DNA from: Kiritimatiellia bacterium
Lineage (GTDB): Bacteria > Verrucomicrobiota > Kiritimatiellia > RFP12 > JBMNHG01
NCBI GenBank assembly: GCA_050950285.1
Contig: JBMNHG010000003.1
Coordinates: 248,001-312,000, forward strand
Reading direction: 5' to 3'
Length of the DNA: 64,000 nt
Part shown: positions 49,897 through 60,633 of the stretch, in pieces
Layout: each line of letters opens with the position of its first letter
How positions within the stretch are numbered: position 1 is the first letter of the stretch
The notes under the pieces: model-generated
Databases searched by the model: none
Told to the model about the DNA's origin: nothing
What the model saw: only the letters and a program-made list of their open reading frames with translations
Translations under genes and position numbers: made by a program

Positions 49897-50050
49897 ACCT
49901 GCCAGCCCGGCCACAAATAGCGCGGCGCACGGAGATTCGGGCATGGGGAGCTGGAATTTGGAGCCGGGAAAGGAGCGCGGACATTCCTGTCCGTGTCGCG
50001 GGGTGGAAAACCCGTGCCTGGAGCTTGGCCTTCTCCCATGATTTTCCATA

Positions 50051-50186
50051 GGCTCCGGTCGCGCCTGATCTCGGCGCTGCTCCTGCCGGACCGGGCGTGC
50101 CGTGTGTCGCGAGTCGAAGGTCGAGCGTCGCAGGTCGAGCGTCGGGTGTCGCCGTGGAGGGACGACCTGCCTGGGGACCGCCGTCC
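50051..50186. repeat. Composite repeat, second copy
   Basis: Shares long blocks with 48520-48780. Confidence 0.75.
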
Positions 50187-50238
50187 TGGCCCCCCGCCCC
50201 CAAAAAAAATCCCTTCTTGCAAATCCGGCATTCCGCAT

Positions 50239-50267
50239 TTGACAGCGCCCACTCGATTTTTTATATT
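50239..50267 (+). promoter_or_regulatory. Sigma70-like promoter
   Basis: TTGACA-17-TATATT, about 50 nt upstream of the ATG at 50320. Confidence 0.65.
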
Positions 50268-50319
50268 CGTAAAAAGCGATGGGAAACACATCCACATCAT
50301 AACGGAAGCGAGGTCGGAA

Positions 50320-53300
50320 ATGATGGCAATCATGCGCATGCGGAAGGCGAAGATGAATCGGATCGCGGCGGCGGCGCTTGCGGCGATGTCCGTTCTCACG
50401 GCACAAGCGGCGGACTATTACGTGGACGTGTCGTGGACCGGCACGGAGTCGGGGGCCACGACCGCGCCCTACAAGACCATCAAAGCGGCGGTTGACGCGG
50501 CGAATGCGGTTGCCGGCGCCCATACGATCTACATCGCAGGCGGCTGGTACGGCGATGTCGACAATGGCGGAACCGAGGATTACAGCGCGGGCGGCGGCGC
50601 CGACAGCGGAATCCTCATCACCAGGCAGATGAACCTCTATGGCGGCTACGCCGGCTGGGATGGCGAGGGCGAGGAGCCCGGGGATTTCGACTGGAGCGAG
50701 GGGGCACGGACGCCGCGGGCTACGGTCATCGACCTGGAAAACGCCCTTTCGCGGGCGTTTCTGAACCAATGTCCGGAATATGTGGGAACCTTGTTCGACG
50801 GTTTGTCTTTCTTGAACGCAAGCAACGCCGTGCCGGGTGGAGCCCTGTACTCCCCCTATGGCTTCGCCCGGACCCTCTACGTCAACAACTGTGTGTTCAG
50901 CAACAATTTCACGACTTCCCGCGGAGGGGCCATCGACGCAAACCTGCTCTATTCCGCCGGCGGCCGGATCCGCAACTCGGACTTTGTGGACAACCGGGCC
51001 GACGCCAATGGCGGCGCCATTGCGCTGATGATGCAGAACCATGCCGTTCTGGTGGAGGACTGCACCTTCCTGCGCAACATCGCAGGCGGCACCTCCGCGA
51101 CCGGCCGCGGCGGCGCCATCTTCTGGGACGGCTTCAACGGCCCGGTGCAGTACCTGCGGCGCTGCCGCCTCGAGGGCAACCAGGCCGTCGCGTATGGCGG
51201 GGCCGTTTTCAGCACCGACCCCCGCATCGTCATGGAGCATTGCACGTTCACGCTCAACAGCGCCTCTTCCGGCGCGGCCATCGGCGGCAACACCTACTGG
51301 TGCGGCTCCTACTACCTCGAGAACTGCCTGGTCGCCAACAACAGCGGCGATTACGCGGTGTACGCCGAGGGGGCGCGCATGTTCGACGCCTACACCCTCG
51401 ACATCCTCCACTGCACGATCGTCGGCAACTCTGGCGGCGGCCTGCGCTTCTTCCGCATAGACGGCCCGACTCCGGCGCGCGTCCGCAACAGCATCATCGC
51501 CAACAATGGCGGGTACGGGATCTACCGGGCCGGGAACGACTGCACGTTCAACAACAACAACGTCTACGGCAACGCCGCCGGAGACTACTGCAACTGCACC
51601 GCCGACGCGGCGTCCATCTCCGCCGATCCGCTTTTCGCGGACGAAACAGGCGGAGACTACCGCCTGGCCAAGGGCAGTCCCTGCATCGACGCCGGCATCG
51701 ACGCCGGCGCCACAAGCGACCTGGACAACGTGGGCCGCCCGACACGTTTGGGCTATGACATCGGCTGCTACGAGGAGTGGCAGATCCCGGTCATCGCCAA
51801 CCGCGCCGCAGTCGCCCTTCCGACCGCGGCCGAGGTCCGCGCCGAGTTCACCTACGAGAGCGCCGCCCTTGACACCTACGCCTACTTCGCGTTCGGCACG
51901 AGCGACGCCGGCACCGGCGGCCTGGCTGGCTGGGACCAGTGGGCCGCCAGCGGCGAGCCGACCCAGGGCGTGATCTTCGGCAGCACCTTTGCCGGGCTCT
52001 CGCCCGACACCACCTACTGGTACCGCTGCATGGCCAGCAACAGCTACGACGTCTTGTGGGGGCCGGCGACCTCGTTCAAGACTCCGGCCGCGGGAGGCGC
52101 CATGCGCATCTGGACCGGACTCGGCGGCGACGCCCTGGCCAGCAACACCAACAACTGGCTGGACGGGCTGGCGCCCGCCGCCGAAGACTACGTGCTGCTC
52201 GACTCCTCGCCGAGCAACATGATCTGGGATGCGGCCGCGGCGAAGTCCGTGGCCGGATGGACCCAGACCGAGAACTACACGGGCACCGTGACCTTCCCGG
52301 TCACCTACTCCGAGTACAGTCCCGCGTTCACGAACTTCGCCATCACCGGCAACGTCCTCCTGAACGGCGGATGCTGGACGCACACGGCCAACCCCGCCGG
52401 CGATACGGCGGTCTATCGTCTCGCCGTGACCGTGGACGGCGACTTCTCCCTCGGCCCGCAAGGCCAGATCAACGCGGACTCTCGCGGCTTCTGGGCCTAC
52501 GGCGCCGGCGCCGGCCCCGGTGCCGGCACGGGCGATGCATGCGGCCCGAGCCATGGCGGACAGGGCGGCTTCACGCAGGAGTCCACGCCGGCCGCCACCT
52601 ACGGTTCCGCGTTCCAGCCCGTGACGCTCGGCAGCGGCGGCAACACGGGGGGCGGCTGGGGCGTCGGCGGCGGGGCCGTGCAGCTTGCCGTTGCGGGCGA
52701 GGCGCGGATCGACGGCTCCATCCGGGCGCGCGGCGGCATCGGCAACCCCAACAGGCCCGGCGCCGGCGGCTCCATCCTCATCACCGCCGGAACCGTGGCC
52801 GGCGCCGGCACCTTGGACGTGCGGGGGCAGGACATCAACAATTGGTGCGGCGGCGGCGGCGGGCGCATCGCCGTCATCCTCGCCGAAGGCACCACCTTCG
52901 GCTCGCTCGCGACGAGAGCCAACGGCGGCACCGGCGCAAGCCACTCCGGGTGCCGTTTCTCCCATGGCGCGGCCGGCACGATCTATCGCCAGGCCGCAGG
53001 CCAGGCCCTCGGCCAGGGGACGCTGGCCATCGACAACAACGGCTATTCGCTTGCGCTCTACGCGGTGACCGAGCCCGCCGAAGCCATGGACCTGAACGCG
53101 CTCCAGGAGCTGGTCGTGACCAACGGCGGCACGTTCGCCGTGACCGAAAGCACGACGCTCGACTTCGCCAGCGCCAACATCCGGGGCGGCGGCGAGTTGA
53201 AACTCCGCAGCACGGACGGCGTGTCGTTCCCGGCCCCGTTTGTCGTGACCAACGCCTACCGCCTCTGCCTCGACACCCCTGTCGCCGCCACGGGGGACTG

Positions 53301-54288
53301 GACGGTCATGGCCAACGCCGTCGTCACCCACAGCCCGAACTTCTACCTGGGGCCGAACCCGGAGCGGCGCGTCAGCCTCACCCTCAACGGGAACCTCAGG
53401 ATCGAGCAGGGCGGCGCCTTCGATGTGACCGACCGCGGCTATGCGGGCGGGGCGGGCCCCGGCGCCGGCATCTGGGACAGCGTGAACGCCAGCCACGGCG
53501 GACAGGGCTTCAGTGGCAGTGGAGCGCCCAGGCCGACGTACGGCTCGGTGCTGCAGCCGACATCGCAAGGGAGCGGCAACGCCACCGGCGGCGGCAGCTT
53601 CCCGGGCGCCGGGGCGGTGGAGCTTTCCGTTACGGGTGCGACCACGATCGACGGCGCCATCCGGGCCAACGCCACCGCCGGCTGGCGGAGAAGCGCCGGC
53701 GGCTCGGTCCGCATCACGACCGGGACGCTGGCGGGCGGCGGCACCGTGGACGCCTCGGCAGGCGGCACGGACCAGGCCGGCGCCGGCGGAGGCCGCATCG
53801 CCGTCCGCCTGACCGAAGGCGCCTCCTTCGGTTCGGTCGTGCTGAAGGCCTATGGCGGCGACGGTGGCGGCACCGCGCAGGAGGGCGCGGCCGGAACGGT
53901 CTACAAGCAGACGGCGGCCGACATGGCCGACGGCGGGATCGTCCTGGTCGACAATGCGGACCTGGCGCCGAACGAAGCCGCCTTCACGCCGCTGCCGGCC
54001 TTTGCCGCCTCCACCGAGGATCTGGGCAGGACGCAGTGGGAGGCGCGGAACAAGGGCAAGATCGGACTGGTCGCCGATGTGGCCGTGGAGAGCCTGGCCC
54101 TCGGTCCAGACGCCTGTCTGGAACTGGCCGGCCACACCGTCATGGTCTACGCGCTTCGCATCGACGGCCGCTCGTACGGCGCGGGCGTGTACACCGCCGC
54201 CGACTTGGCGCCGTTCGTTACCGATCGCTCGGGCGGCAGCGGCCAGGTGGTTGTCAAGGCCAGCGGCACGATCATCCTGCTGCGCTGA
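50320..54288 (+). CDS. Large secreted surface protein with an N-terminal beta-helix and Gly-rich repeats (~1320 aa)
   Basis: Signal RIAAAALAAMSVLTAQA; TAPYKTIKAAV; GGAI...F.xN repeats; SPCIDAG...DIGCYE; two SHGGQG...YGS...GSG...GGGRIAV modules; ends KASGTIILLR. Start may be 50353. Confidence 0.8.
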   Translation: MMAIMRMRKAKMNRIAAAALAAMSVLTAQAADYYVDVSWTGTESGATTAPYKTIKAAVDAANAVAGAHTIYIAGGWYGDVDNGGTEDYSAGGGADSGILITRQMNLYGGYAGWDGEGEEPGDFDWSEGARTPRATVIDLENALSRAFLNQCPEYVGTLFDGLSFLNASNAVPGGALYSPYGFARTLYVNNCVFSNNFTTSRGGAIDANLLYSAGGRIRNSDFVDNRADANGGAIALMMQNHAVLVEDCTFLRNIAGGTSATGRGGAIFWDGFNGPVQYLRRCRLEGNQAVAYGGAVFSTDPRIVMEHCTFTLNSASSGAAIGGNTYWCGSYYLENCLVANNSGDYAVYAEGARMFDAYTLDILHCTIVGNSGGGLRFFRIDGPTPARVRNSIIANNGGYGIYRAGNDCTFNNNNVYGNAAGDYCNCTADAASISADPLFADETGGDYRLAKGSPCIDAGIDAGATSDLDNVGRPTRLGYDIGCYEEWQIPVIANRAAVALPTAAEVRAEFTYESAALDTYAYFAFGTSDAGTGGLAGWDQWAASGEPTQGVIFGSTFAGLSPDTTYWYRCMASNSYDVLWGPATSFKTPAAGGAMRIWTGLGGDALASNTNNWLDGLAPAAEDYVLLDSSPSNMIWDAAAAKSVAGWTQTENYTGTVTFPVTYSEYSPAFTNFAITGNVLLNGGCWTHTANPAGDTAVYRLAVTVDGDFSLGPQGQINADSRGFWAYGAGAGPGAGTGDACGPSHGGQGGFTQESTPAATYGSAFQPVTLGSGGNTGGGWGVGGGAVQLAVAGEARIDGSIRARGGIGNPNRPGAGGSILITAGTVAGAGTLDVRGQDINNWCGGGGGRIAVILAEGTTFGSLATRANGGTGASHSGCRFSHGAAGTIYRQAAGQALGQGTLAIDNNGYSLALYAVTEPAEAMDLNALQELVVTNGGTFAVTESTTLDFASANIRGGGELKLRSTDGVSFPAPFVVTNAYRLCLDTPVAATGDWTVMANAVVTHSPNFYLGPNPERRVSLTLNGNLRIEQGGAFDVTDRGYAGGAGPGAGIWDSVNASHGGQGFSGSGAPRPTYGSVLQPTSQGSGNATGGGSFPGAGAVELSVTGATTIDGAIRANATAGWRRSAGGSVRITTGTLAGGGTVDASAGGTDQAGAGGGRIAVRLTEGASFGSVVLKAYGGDGGGTAQEGAAGTVYKQTAADMADGGIVLVDNADLAPNEAAFTPLPAFAASTEDLGRTQWEARNKGKIGLVADVAVESLALGPDACLELAGHTVMVYALRIDGRSYGAGVYTAADLAPFVTDRSGGSGQVVVKASGTIILLR

Positions 54289-54329
54289 CGCGCCCCCTCA
54301 ATCCCCACTCGAAAGCGGATGGTATCCGG

Positions 54330-55796
54330 ATGACAAAAGCAGCGACGGGGTGCGTCCCCCTGGAGGCCGCGACGGCGTGCGGCTGCACGGAGATGCGGCT
54401 GGAGCGCGATCCGTCGGGCGGGCGGCGGCCGCTCGACGGGTTCGGGGTCCAATGCGACAGCTACCTCTACGACGCGGTCAACGCCGCCGCCGGGGTGGGC
54501 GCCGACGACTATGCGCTCGTGGAGCGGCGGCTGCGCGCCCTCCGCCCTTCGCTGTCGCGCATGTTCTGCCATGTCGACTGGTTCAACCCCGCGCGAGACG
54601 CCAAGACCTACCGCTGGGATCTGCCGGGTTACGCCAACCTGCTGCGCATGCTGCGGCTGCTGCAGGAGGTCGGCGCCCGCGTGAACCTGGTGCTGTTCCA
54701 GCCTTTCGGCGGGCTCTCGCGGGAGCAGCACGGCGCCTCGGTGCGCGCCATGGCCGACCTGCTGGCCCGCCTGCGCGATGCCGAGGGGATCGCCGCGGTC
54801 CGCTGGCTGACCCTCTACAACGAGCCGGAGACGGTCTTCACCCACGACTCGCCGCTGATGCGCCGGATCTTCGGCGACGCATGCGTCGAGGCCCCGCCCG
54901 ACTGGGAGATGCTGGTCGGGCTGTGGCGCCTGGCGCAGGCGCGCCTGGAGGCGCTGGGGCTGTATCCGCACGTCAAGCTGGCGGTGCCCGACTGCGTCTA
55001 CGGCTCGCCGGTCCGCTACGAGCGGATGCGGCTCGCCGCCGAGGCGTTCGCCGCGGCCGACGCGGATTTCTCGGTGCACGTCTACAGCCCCGAGGACCCG
55101 TCGGGCCAGCCGCAGACCGAGGCGCATCGGCGCGACTGGGGCTATCCGGGGATGGCCTGCGAGGCGGCCGATTTCCGCGCGCTCGCCGGGCCGGCGCGCC
55201 GCCTGATCCTCTGGGAGTACAACCTCGAGGGGCTGGGCGGGCGCACCTCCCTCTTCCCCGGCGTCAACCGCCAGGGCCTCGGCATACTGGAGACCCCGGA
55301 CGCGGGCCCGGAGATTCTGGAGAAGACCCTGCTCGCCGCCCTTCACGGCTACGATGGCGCCTGCCTCTGGTGCCTCTCCGACATGCTCTACTGCGAAGAC
55401 CCCGGCTGCGCCATGGCCTATGGCCTGTGGCGGTTCAAGAACGCCCGCTGGTATCCGCGGCCGCACTACTACTATTACGCGCCGCTCTGCCAGCTCTTCC
55501 GCGCCGGCATGTCCCTCGTCCCGGTCGCGGGCGGCGCGCCGCCATTGCTGGCCATGGCGGCCCGGAACAGCGCCGGGACCGCGGCCGTGATCCTCAACCG
55601 CGGCGAAGCCCGGCAGTCCGTCCGCCTCGCGGGCTTGCCCGCCAAGCCGGTGCGGCGCCTGCGCATCCACCCCGGCGTCCTCCCCGCCACGGGCGGCGAC
55701 CTCCCCCTCGACACATGGGAGGCGGCGGCCGCGGACGCCGACGGCGCGCTCAGGCTCGACCTGCTGCCGCGCGAAGCGACCTATTTGAGTGTCTAG
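54330..55796 (+). CDS. Putative clan GH-A glycoside hydrolase (GH30/GH39-like)
   Basis: DGFGVQ, LTLYNEPE (acid/base-like), SVHVY, LILWEYN (nucleophile-like). Confidence 0.6.
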   Translation: MTKAATGCVPLEAATACGCTEMRLERDPSGGRRPLDGFGVQCDSYLYDAVNAAAGVGADDYALVERRLRALRPSLSRMFCHVDWFNPARDAKTYRWDLPGYANLLRMLRLLQEVGARVNLVLFQPFGGLSREQHGASVRAMADLLARLRDAEGIAAVRWLTLYNEPETVFTHDSPLMRRIFGDACVEAPPDWEMLVGLWRLAQARLEALGLYPHVKLAVPDCVYGSPVRYERMRLAAEAFAAADADFSVHVYSPEDPSGQPQTEAHRRDWGYPGMACEAADFRALAGPARRLILWEYNLEGLGGRTSLFPGVNRQGLGILETPDAGPEILEKTLLAALHGYDGACLWCLSDMLYCEDPGCAMAYGLWRFKNARWYPRPHYYYYAPLCQLFRAGMSLVPVAGGAPPLLAMAARNSAGTAAVILNRGEARQSVRLAGLPAKPVRRLRIHPGVLPATGGDLPLDTWEAAAADADGALRLDLLPREATYLSV

Positions 55797-55830
55797 CCTG
55801 GAAACGTGCAACCCGAACATGAGAAATACG

Positions 55831-58488
55831 ATGCAATTCAAGAGCGACAAGCGAATGCGCCGGCTCGCGGCCCTGGCCGCGGCCGCGGCGCTGGTTGCGG
55901 GCGGCGTGCCCGCGCAAACGGCAGCTTCAACGGCAGCAGGCCCGCCCGGGCGGCTGGTGCTCTGCTGGTACATGGTCTGCTTCGGCAACTCCGTGGAGCG
56001 CTACATGCAGGAGATCGAACTCGCCCAGCGCCACGGGATCGACGGATTCCTGCTCGACGTGGGAGCCTGGAACGCGGACAAGAACTACATCGCCTCCTCC
56101 GAACGGATCTACGAGGCGGCGCGGCGGCTCGACAGCGGCTTCAAGCTGGCCATGGCGCCCGAATACAGCGTCCAGCCCTTCGGCGACGATGTCGCCGACA
56201 TGGTGAAGAAGTTCAAAGACCACCCCAACCAGCTCTACCACGACGGCAAGGTGGTCCTCTCCGGCTACGGCGCCGCATCGCTCTTCCCTGCGGCGCTCGA
56301 CAAGCTCGAGGCCGAAGGGATCGAAGTCTTCCTGGCGCCCTACGTTTTCCTCCCCCGCTTCCAGTACAACCCCGGCGTGGGGTCGTTCCACGACGAGCTC
56401 GCCGCACACCCGTACCTCGACGGCCTGATGATGTTCAACACCGGCACGCTCGGCAACAACATCGGCGACAACGCCGCCAGCCTGCAGGCCGCCCGGCGCT
56501 CGGGCAAGCTCCACGCCGCAGGCGTCACCCCCGCCTACAACAGCGCCAACCTGCAGGACTACCGCGGCCTCGGCGGCTACCTCGCCATGTGGCAGGCCGC
56601 CATCGACGACGGTTCCGACTGGATCAGCCTGGTCATCTGGAATGACTTCAACGAGGATTCGGCGCTGATGCCCATGCGCTGGCCGCCGGGATCCGAGCGC
56701 TACCAGTACAGCCGCGACGAGAGCTTCCTGCACGCCACCGCCTATGCCAGCGCCTGGTTCAAGAGCGGCCGCCGGCCCGCCATCGCCCAGGACCGCCTCT
56801 TCGTCACCTATCGCAACCGCTCCAAGTGGGAGCGGCGCGCCTGGAACGGCCACGAGTGGGTCGACGTCTCCCTGATGTCCCCCGGCCGCTTCGACCAGAT
56901 CCATGACGACGTGGAGGACCTGGTCTACGTGGACAGCTTCCTGACCGCGCCGGCGACGGTGGCGGTGCGCCTGGGCGGCAGGGAACAGCGCTTCGACCTG
57001 CCGGCCGGCGTGGGCCACGCCGAGATGCCCATGGCGCCCGGCGTGCCGCGGCTCACGCTGGAGCGCGGCGGCAAGGTGCTGGCCGAGGTGCTCGGACGCC
57101 GCCAGATCCTCTCGCCGGAGCAGATCAACGAGCGCAACAGCCAGGTGGGCTACCACCACCTCAACCGCACCTGGGCCAGCGGCACCGCCATCGGGCCGGT
57201 CGCGAAGCGCCTGGAGGCCGAAGACGGCGCGCTCGGGCCGGAGACGACGGTGGTCGAGGCGCACGGCGTCAAGGCCGTGCAGACGGCCGAGGTCAAGGAC
57301 AGCGGCGTCACCCTGCCGGTCGACGGGCTGGAGACCGCCACCTACAACATCCGCATCTCCTACAGCAACCCCTCCGCCGAAGAAGCGCGGCTGACGCTCT
57401 TCGCCGACGGCCTGCCGCTCGCCGGGGGCGATTTCCCCTACTTCATCCCGGCCCACCTGCCGCCCACGGAGGAGGGCAAGTTCGAGACCGTCTCCTTCCT
57501 CTGGTCGCTCTACTCCGGGACGCGCACGCTGAAGCTGCTCTTCCAGCCCGGCCAGATCTGGGGCCAGCCCGATCCCGCCGACGACGACTACGGCGCCGTG
57601 CGGATCGACGCCATCGAACTGGTCAAGGTCGAGCCGGTGGCCATGCCCGAGGCCGCCGACGCGCGCTTCCCCGAACTGGTCGCCATCCCGGGCGGGGCGT
57701 TTGCCATGGGCTCCACCGCCGGCGAGCCGGACGAGCTGCCTCTCCGCGAGGTGGCGATCTCGCCCTTCGCCATCGGCAGGTACGAGGTCACCAACGCGGA
57801 GTACGAGCGCTTCGACCCCGGGCACCGCGCCTTCCGCAACAACAACTCCTGGCGCGACCGCGAACCGGTCGTCCACCTCTCCTGGACCGACGCCGTCCAA
57901 TACTGCAACTGGCTCTCCGGGCAGGCCGGGCTGACGCCGGTCTACGCCGAACGCGCCCCGGATCCGGACAAGCCCCACGAGAAGGCCTGGATGGCGGATC
58001 TGGAGGCCGACGGCTTCCGCCTGCCGACCGAAGCCGAATGGGAATACGTCGCCACCGGCCGCGGCGAAGGGCGGATCTATCCGTGGGGCGATGACGCCCC
58101 GGTGCCGGGCCTGCACGGCCGCTTCCAGCTGAAGGCCGCCCTGGGCGCGCGCCTGCCGCGACCCGCCACCGAGGACAACGGCGCGGTCGTCGTCGGCTCC
58201 TACCCGGCCGGCGCCAGCCGCGACGGCGTCATGGACCTGGCCGGCAACGTGGCCGAGTGGTGCACCGACTGGTATGCCTACCCGTATCCGGGCGGGGCCC
58301 AGCGCGACCCCTGCCTCCAGACGCCGGGGAACTACCGCGTCATCCGCGGCGGCTCCTGGAGCTGGTACGGCTACAGCCAGCGCGCCGCCGACCGCGAGTT
58401 CAACAGCCCGAACTACCCCGGCCACGCCTACTACGGCTTCCGCGTCGCGATCTCGGAGGCGGGCTGGAAGAAACTGTCGTCCAAGTAA
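55831..58488 (+). CDS. Secreted GH71-like alpha-1,3-glucanase + CBM-like + FGE-sulfatase domain fusion
   Basis: EIELAQRHGIDGFLLD, LVIWNDFNE, DRLFVTYR; LEAEDG...YNIRISYSN; IPGGAFAMG, YEVTNAEY, RLPTEAEWEY, DLAGNVAEW, RVIRGGSW, GFR. Start uncertain (55819/55831/55855). Confidence 0.75.
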   Translation: MQFKSDKRMRRLAALAAAAALVAGGVPAQTAASTAAGPPGRLVLCWYMVCFGNSVERYMQEIELAQRHGIDGFLLDVGAWNADKNYIASSERIYEAARRLDSGFKLAMAPEYSVQPFGDDVADMVKKFKDHPNQLYHDGKVVLSGYGAASLFPAALDKLEAEGIEVFLAPYVFLPRFQYNPGVGSFHDELAAHPYLDGLMMFNTGTLGNNIGDNAASLQAARRSGKLHAAGVTPAYNSANLQDYRGLGGYLAMWQAAIDDGSDWISLVIWNDFNEDSALMPMRWPPGSERYQYSRDESFLHATAYASAWFKSGRRPAIAQDRLFVTYRNRSKWERRAWNGHEWVDVSLMSPGRFDQIHDDVEDLVYVDSFLTAPATVAVRLGGREQRFDLPAGVGHAEMPMAPGVPRLTLERGGKVLAEVLGRRQILSPEQINERNSQVGYHHLNRTWASGTAIGPVAKRLEAEDGALGPETTVVEAHGVKAVQTAEVKDSGVTLPVDGLETATYNIRISYSNPSAEEARLTLFADGLPLAGGDFPYFIPAHLPPTEEGKFETVSFLWSLYSGTRTLKLLFQPGQIWGQPDPADDDYGAVRIDAIELVKVEPVAMPEAADARFPELVAIPGGAFAMGSTAGEPDELPLREVAISPFAIGRYEVTNAEYERFDPGHRAFRNNNSWRDREPVVHLSWTDAVQYCNWLSGQAGLTPVYAERAPDPDKPHEKAWMADLEADGFRLPTEAEWEYVATGRGEGRIYPWGDDAPVPGLHGRFQLKAALGARLPRPATEDNGAVVVGSYPAGASRDGVMDLAGNVAEWCTDWYAYPYPGGAQRDPCLQTPGNYRVIRGGSWSWYGYSQRAADREFNSPNYPGHAYYGFRVAISEAGWKKLSSK

Positions 58489-58498
58489 TCCGGAAGGG

Positions 58499-58534
58499 CG
58501 GATCGCGGCGGGCCGCGCGGCGCGCCGCGATCCG
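58499..58534. other. Intergenic GC-rich hairpin
   Basis: CGGATCGCGGCG...CGCCGCGATCCG 12-bp stem with no U-tract. Confidence 0.5.
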
Positions 58535-58614
58535 GACGCCTGCCCGGCCACCCGGCGGCCGGCCTCCACGAGGCGCGACGGCGCCGATCCCCCCCCAACC
58601 CGCAACCCTCCGCC

Positions 58615-60633
58615 ATGACCACCACCACACTGACCGCCGCCGGCTCGACCCTCACGCTGGAGGCCGACGGCCGGCTCGCCTTCCGCCTCGCCGGCCGACG
58701 CCTCTGGCAGGCCGACGCCCTGTGCGTCCTGCACTACTACGACCGCCAGCACCCGCGGGCGCAACAGGTGCTCGTCCCGTGGGACGATTCGCGGGCCTTC
58801 GGCACCATGGGAACGCTCTCCCTGAGCACCCGCAGCACCCTCGACATCCGCCAGGAAGACGCCCGCACCGCGCGCGTGGAGATCGCCTGCGACACCATCC
58901 ACATGCGCCTCGCGCTGCGCATCGCGCTCGACGCGGCGGGCGAGGGGTTCGATGTCTCGGTCGACGCCGGCGGCGCGCGCGAGGAGCTCCCCCGGCTCTA
59001 CCGCCTGCTCGGGCTGGAGGTGCTGCCCCAGTTCGGCGCCGCCCGCACGGGCGAGCAGGGCTACCTCACGCTGCCCAACTGGTACGGTTGCCAGACCTTC
59101 TTCGACAAGGCGTACCCGCGCGAAACGTGGCAAACCATCTACAGCTCGAACGACCAGTGGGAGCACGTCTGCAACGCGCCGGTGTTCGGCATCACCCGCG
59201 CCCAGGGGACGCTCTGCGGGCTTGTGGCGGAAGGCGACGAGGACGCGCAGCTCGTATGCCGCCGCCACTGGGAGGCCGCGCAGGCCAACAGCGTCCACCC
59301 GTACCTGGTGTGGCGCTGGCAGCAGCAGGACGACCTCGTCGCCGGCCCCCGCCGCGTGCGCTACCGCTTCGCGCACCCCGACTGCGCCGAGGGCGAGGGC
59401 TACGCCTTCGTCGGGGTGCAGTACCGCCGCTTCCTGCGCTCCGCGCGCGGGGTGAAGCCCTGGGCCGAGAAGGGGCGCGAACGCCCCGAAGCGCTCGCCT
59501 ACGCGGGCAACTTCTTCCTCAAGATCTTCATGGCCTACAAGGAGCCGCATCCGGAGGGCAAGGGGCAGTACCACTGCACCTGCACCTGCGACGAGGCGCG
59601 CGAGATCCTGGGCCAGTGCCTGCAACGCGGCATGGAGAAGCTCACCGTTGTCCTCGTGGGCTGGGGCCAGGACGGGCACGACGGCAAGTGCCCCACCTAT
59701 CTGCCGGTGGACGAGCGGGTGGGCGGCGAAGCGAAGATGAAGGAACTCGTCGCCTGGTGCCGGGAGAACGGCATCCAGCTGGGCGTGCACACCAGCCATG
59801 GCGCCGCCTACCCGTGCAGCGACGAATTCGACGTGGACGACCTGATCCGGCACCGCAGCGGCGAGTACTGGGAGAGCATCGTCTGGAGCGGAGGCCAGGC
59901 ACACCGCATCTGCCCGACGGTCTCCCTGGACAAGCACGTGAAGCGCGACCTGCCGGCCCTGGCCCGCCTGGGCCTGCACGGGCACCACCACTATGACGCG
60001 ATCGGCGGCTTCGAATGCTGCTACGCGCCGCAACATCCCGTGACGCGGCGGGCCGATTACATGGCCCTGATCCGCCAGGAGTGCCGGGTGGCCCTCGACA
60101 CCATGGGCAGCCTGTCGACCGAGATGCCCTACGGCCAGTACTTCGGCGTCATGGACGGCTTCTTCCACTCCTTCAGCAATCCCGGCGACTACCTGCGCCG
60201 CTGTCCCGTGGGGGCGTACTTTCTCGACCGCAGCGTGCCGATGCTGGGCATCGCGCTGCACGGCAGCCACAACTGCGGCGAATCGGTGGGACCGGCCAAG
60301 GGTTCCACGCTCCGGGAGCGCCTGATCGAGATGCTCGATCTGGGCCTGACGCCGCAGTACGAGGTCTGCACGCGGCCGAGCCCCTCCTTCGGCATCCCGC
60401 CCTACTCCGACTGGGCCGGGATGTTGGAGGAGGCCTACCGCTTCACCGTCGGCCCGGAGGGCTACCTGACGCGCCTGGGCGGGCTGGACATCGCCGGGCG
60501 CTGGGAACCGGCCCCGGGCGTCAGCCGCACGCGCTACAGCGACGGCACCGAGGTGTGGGTGAACCGCGGCGGCCGCGCGTTCGACGGCCTTGCGCCGCAG
60601 AGCTTCCGAATCGAGAAAGGAACCGAGACATGA
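58615..60633 (+). CDS. DUF5696/GH129-like putative glycoside hydrolase
   Basis: FGAA...GYLTLP, PVFGI, LVGWGQDGHDGKCP...GG, HHYDAIG, STE. Confidence 0.6.
   Translation: MTTTTLTAAGSTLTLEADGRLAFRLAGRRLWQADALCVLHYYDRQHPRAQQVLVPWDDSRAFGTMGTLSLSTRSTLDIRQEDARTARVEIACDTIHMRLALRIALDAAGEGFDVSVDAGGAREELPRLYRLLGLEVLPQFGAARTGEQGYLTLPNWYGCQTFFDKAYPRETWQTIYSSNDQWEHVCNAPVFGITRAQGTLCGLVAEGDEDAQLVCRRHWEAAQANSVHPYLVWRWQQQDDLVAGPRRVRYRFAHPDCAEGEGYAFVGVQYRRFLRSARGVKPWAEKGRERPEALAYAGNFFLKIFMAYKEPHPEGKGQYHCTCTCDEAREILGQCLQRGMEKLTVVLVGWGQDGHDGKCPTYLPVDERVGGEAKMKELVAWCRENGIQLGVHTSHGAAYPCSDEFDVDDLIRHRSGEYWESIVWSGGQAHRICPTVSLDKHVKRDLPALARLGLHGHHHYDAIGGFECCYAPQHPVTRRADYMALIRQECRVALDTMGSLSTEMPYGQYFGVMDGFFHSFSNPGDYLRRCPVGAYFLDRSVPMLGIALHGSHNCGESVGPAKGSTLRERLIEMLDLGLTPQYEVCTRPSPSFGIPPYSDWAGMLEEAYRFTVGPEGYLTRLGGLDIAGRWEPAPGVSRTRYSDGTEVWVNRGGRAFDGLAPQSFRIEKGTET

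Noticed and set aside
57660..58488. FGE-sulfatase (CLec-fold) domain as a DGR target
   Set aside because: No reverse transcriptase and no second copy of the 3' region with adenine-specific differences seen in the window.
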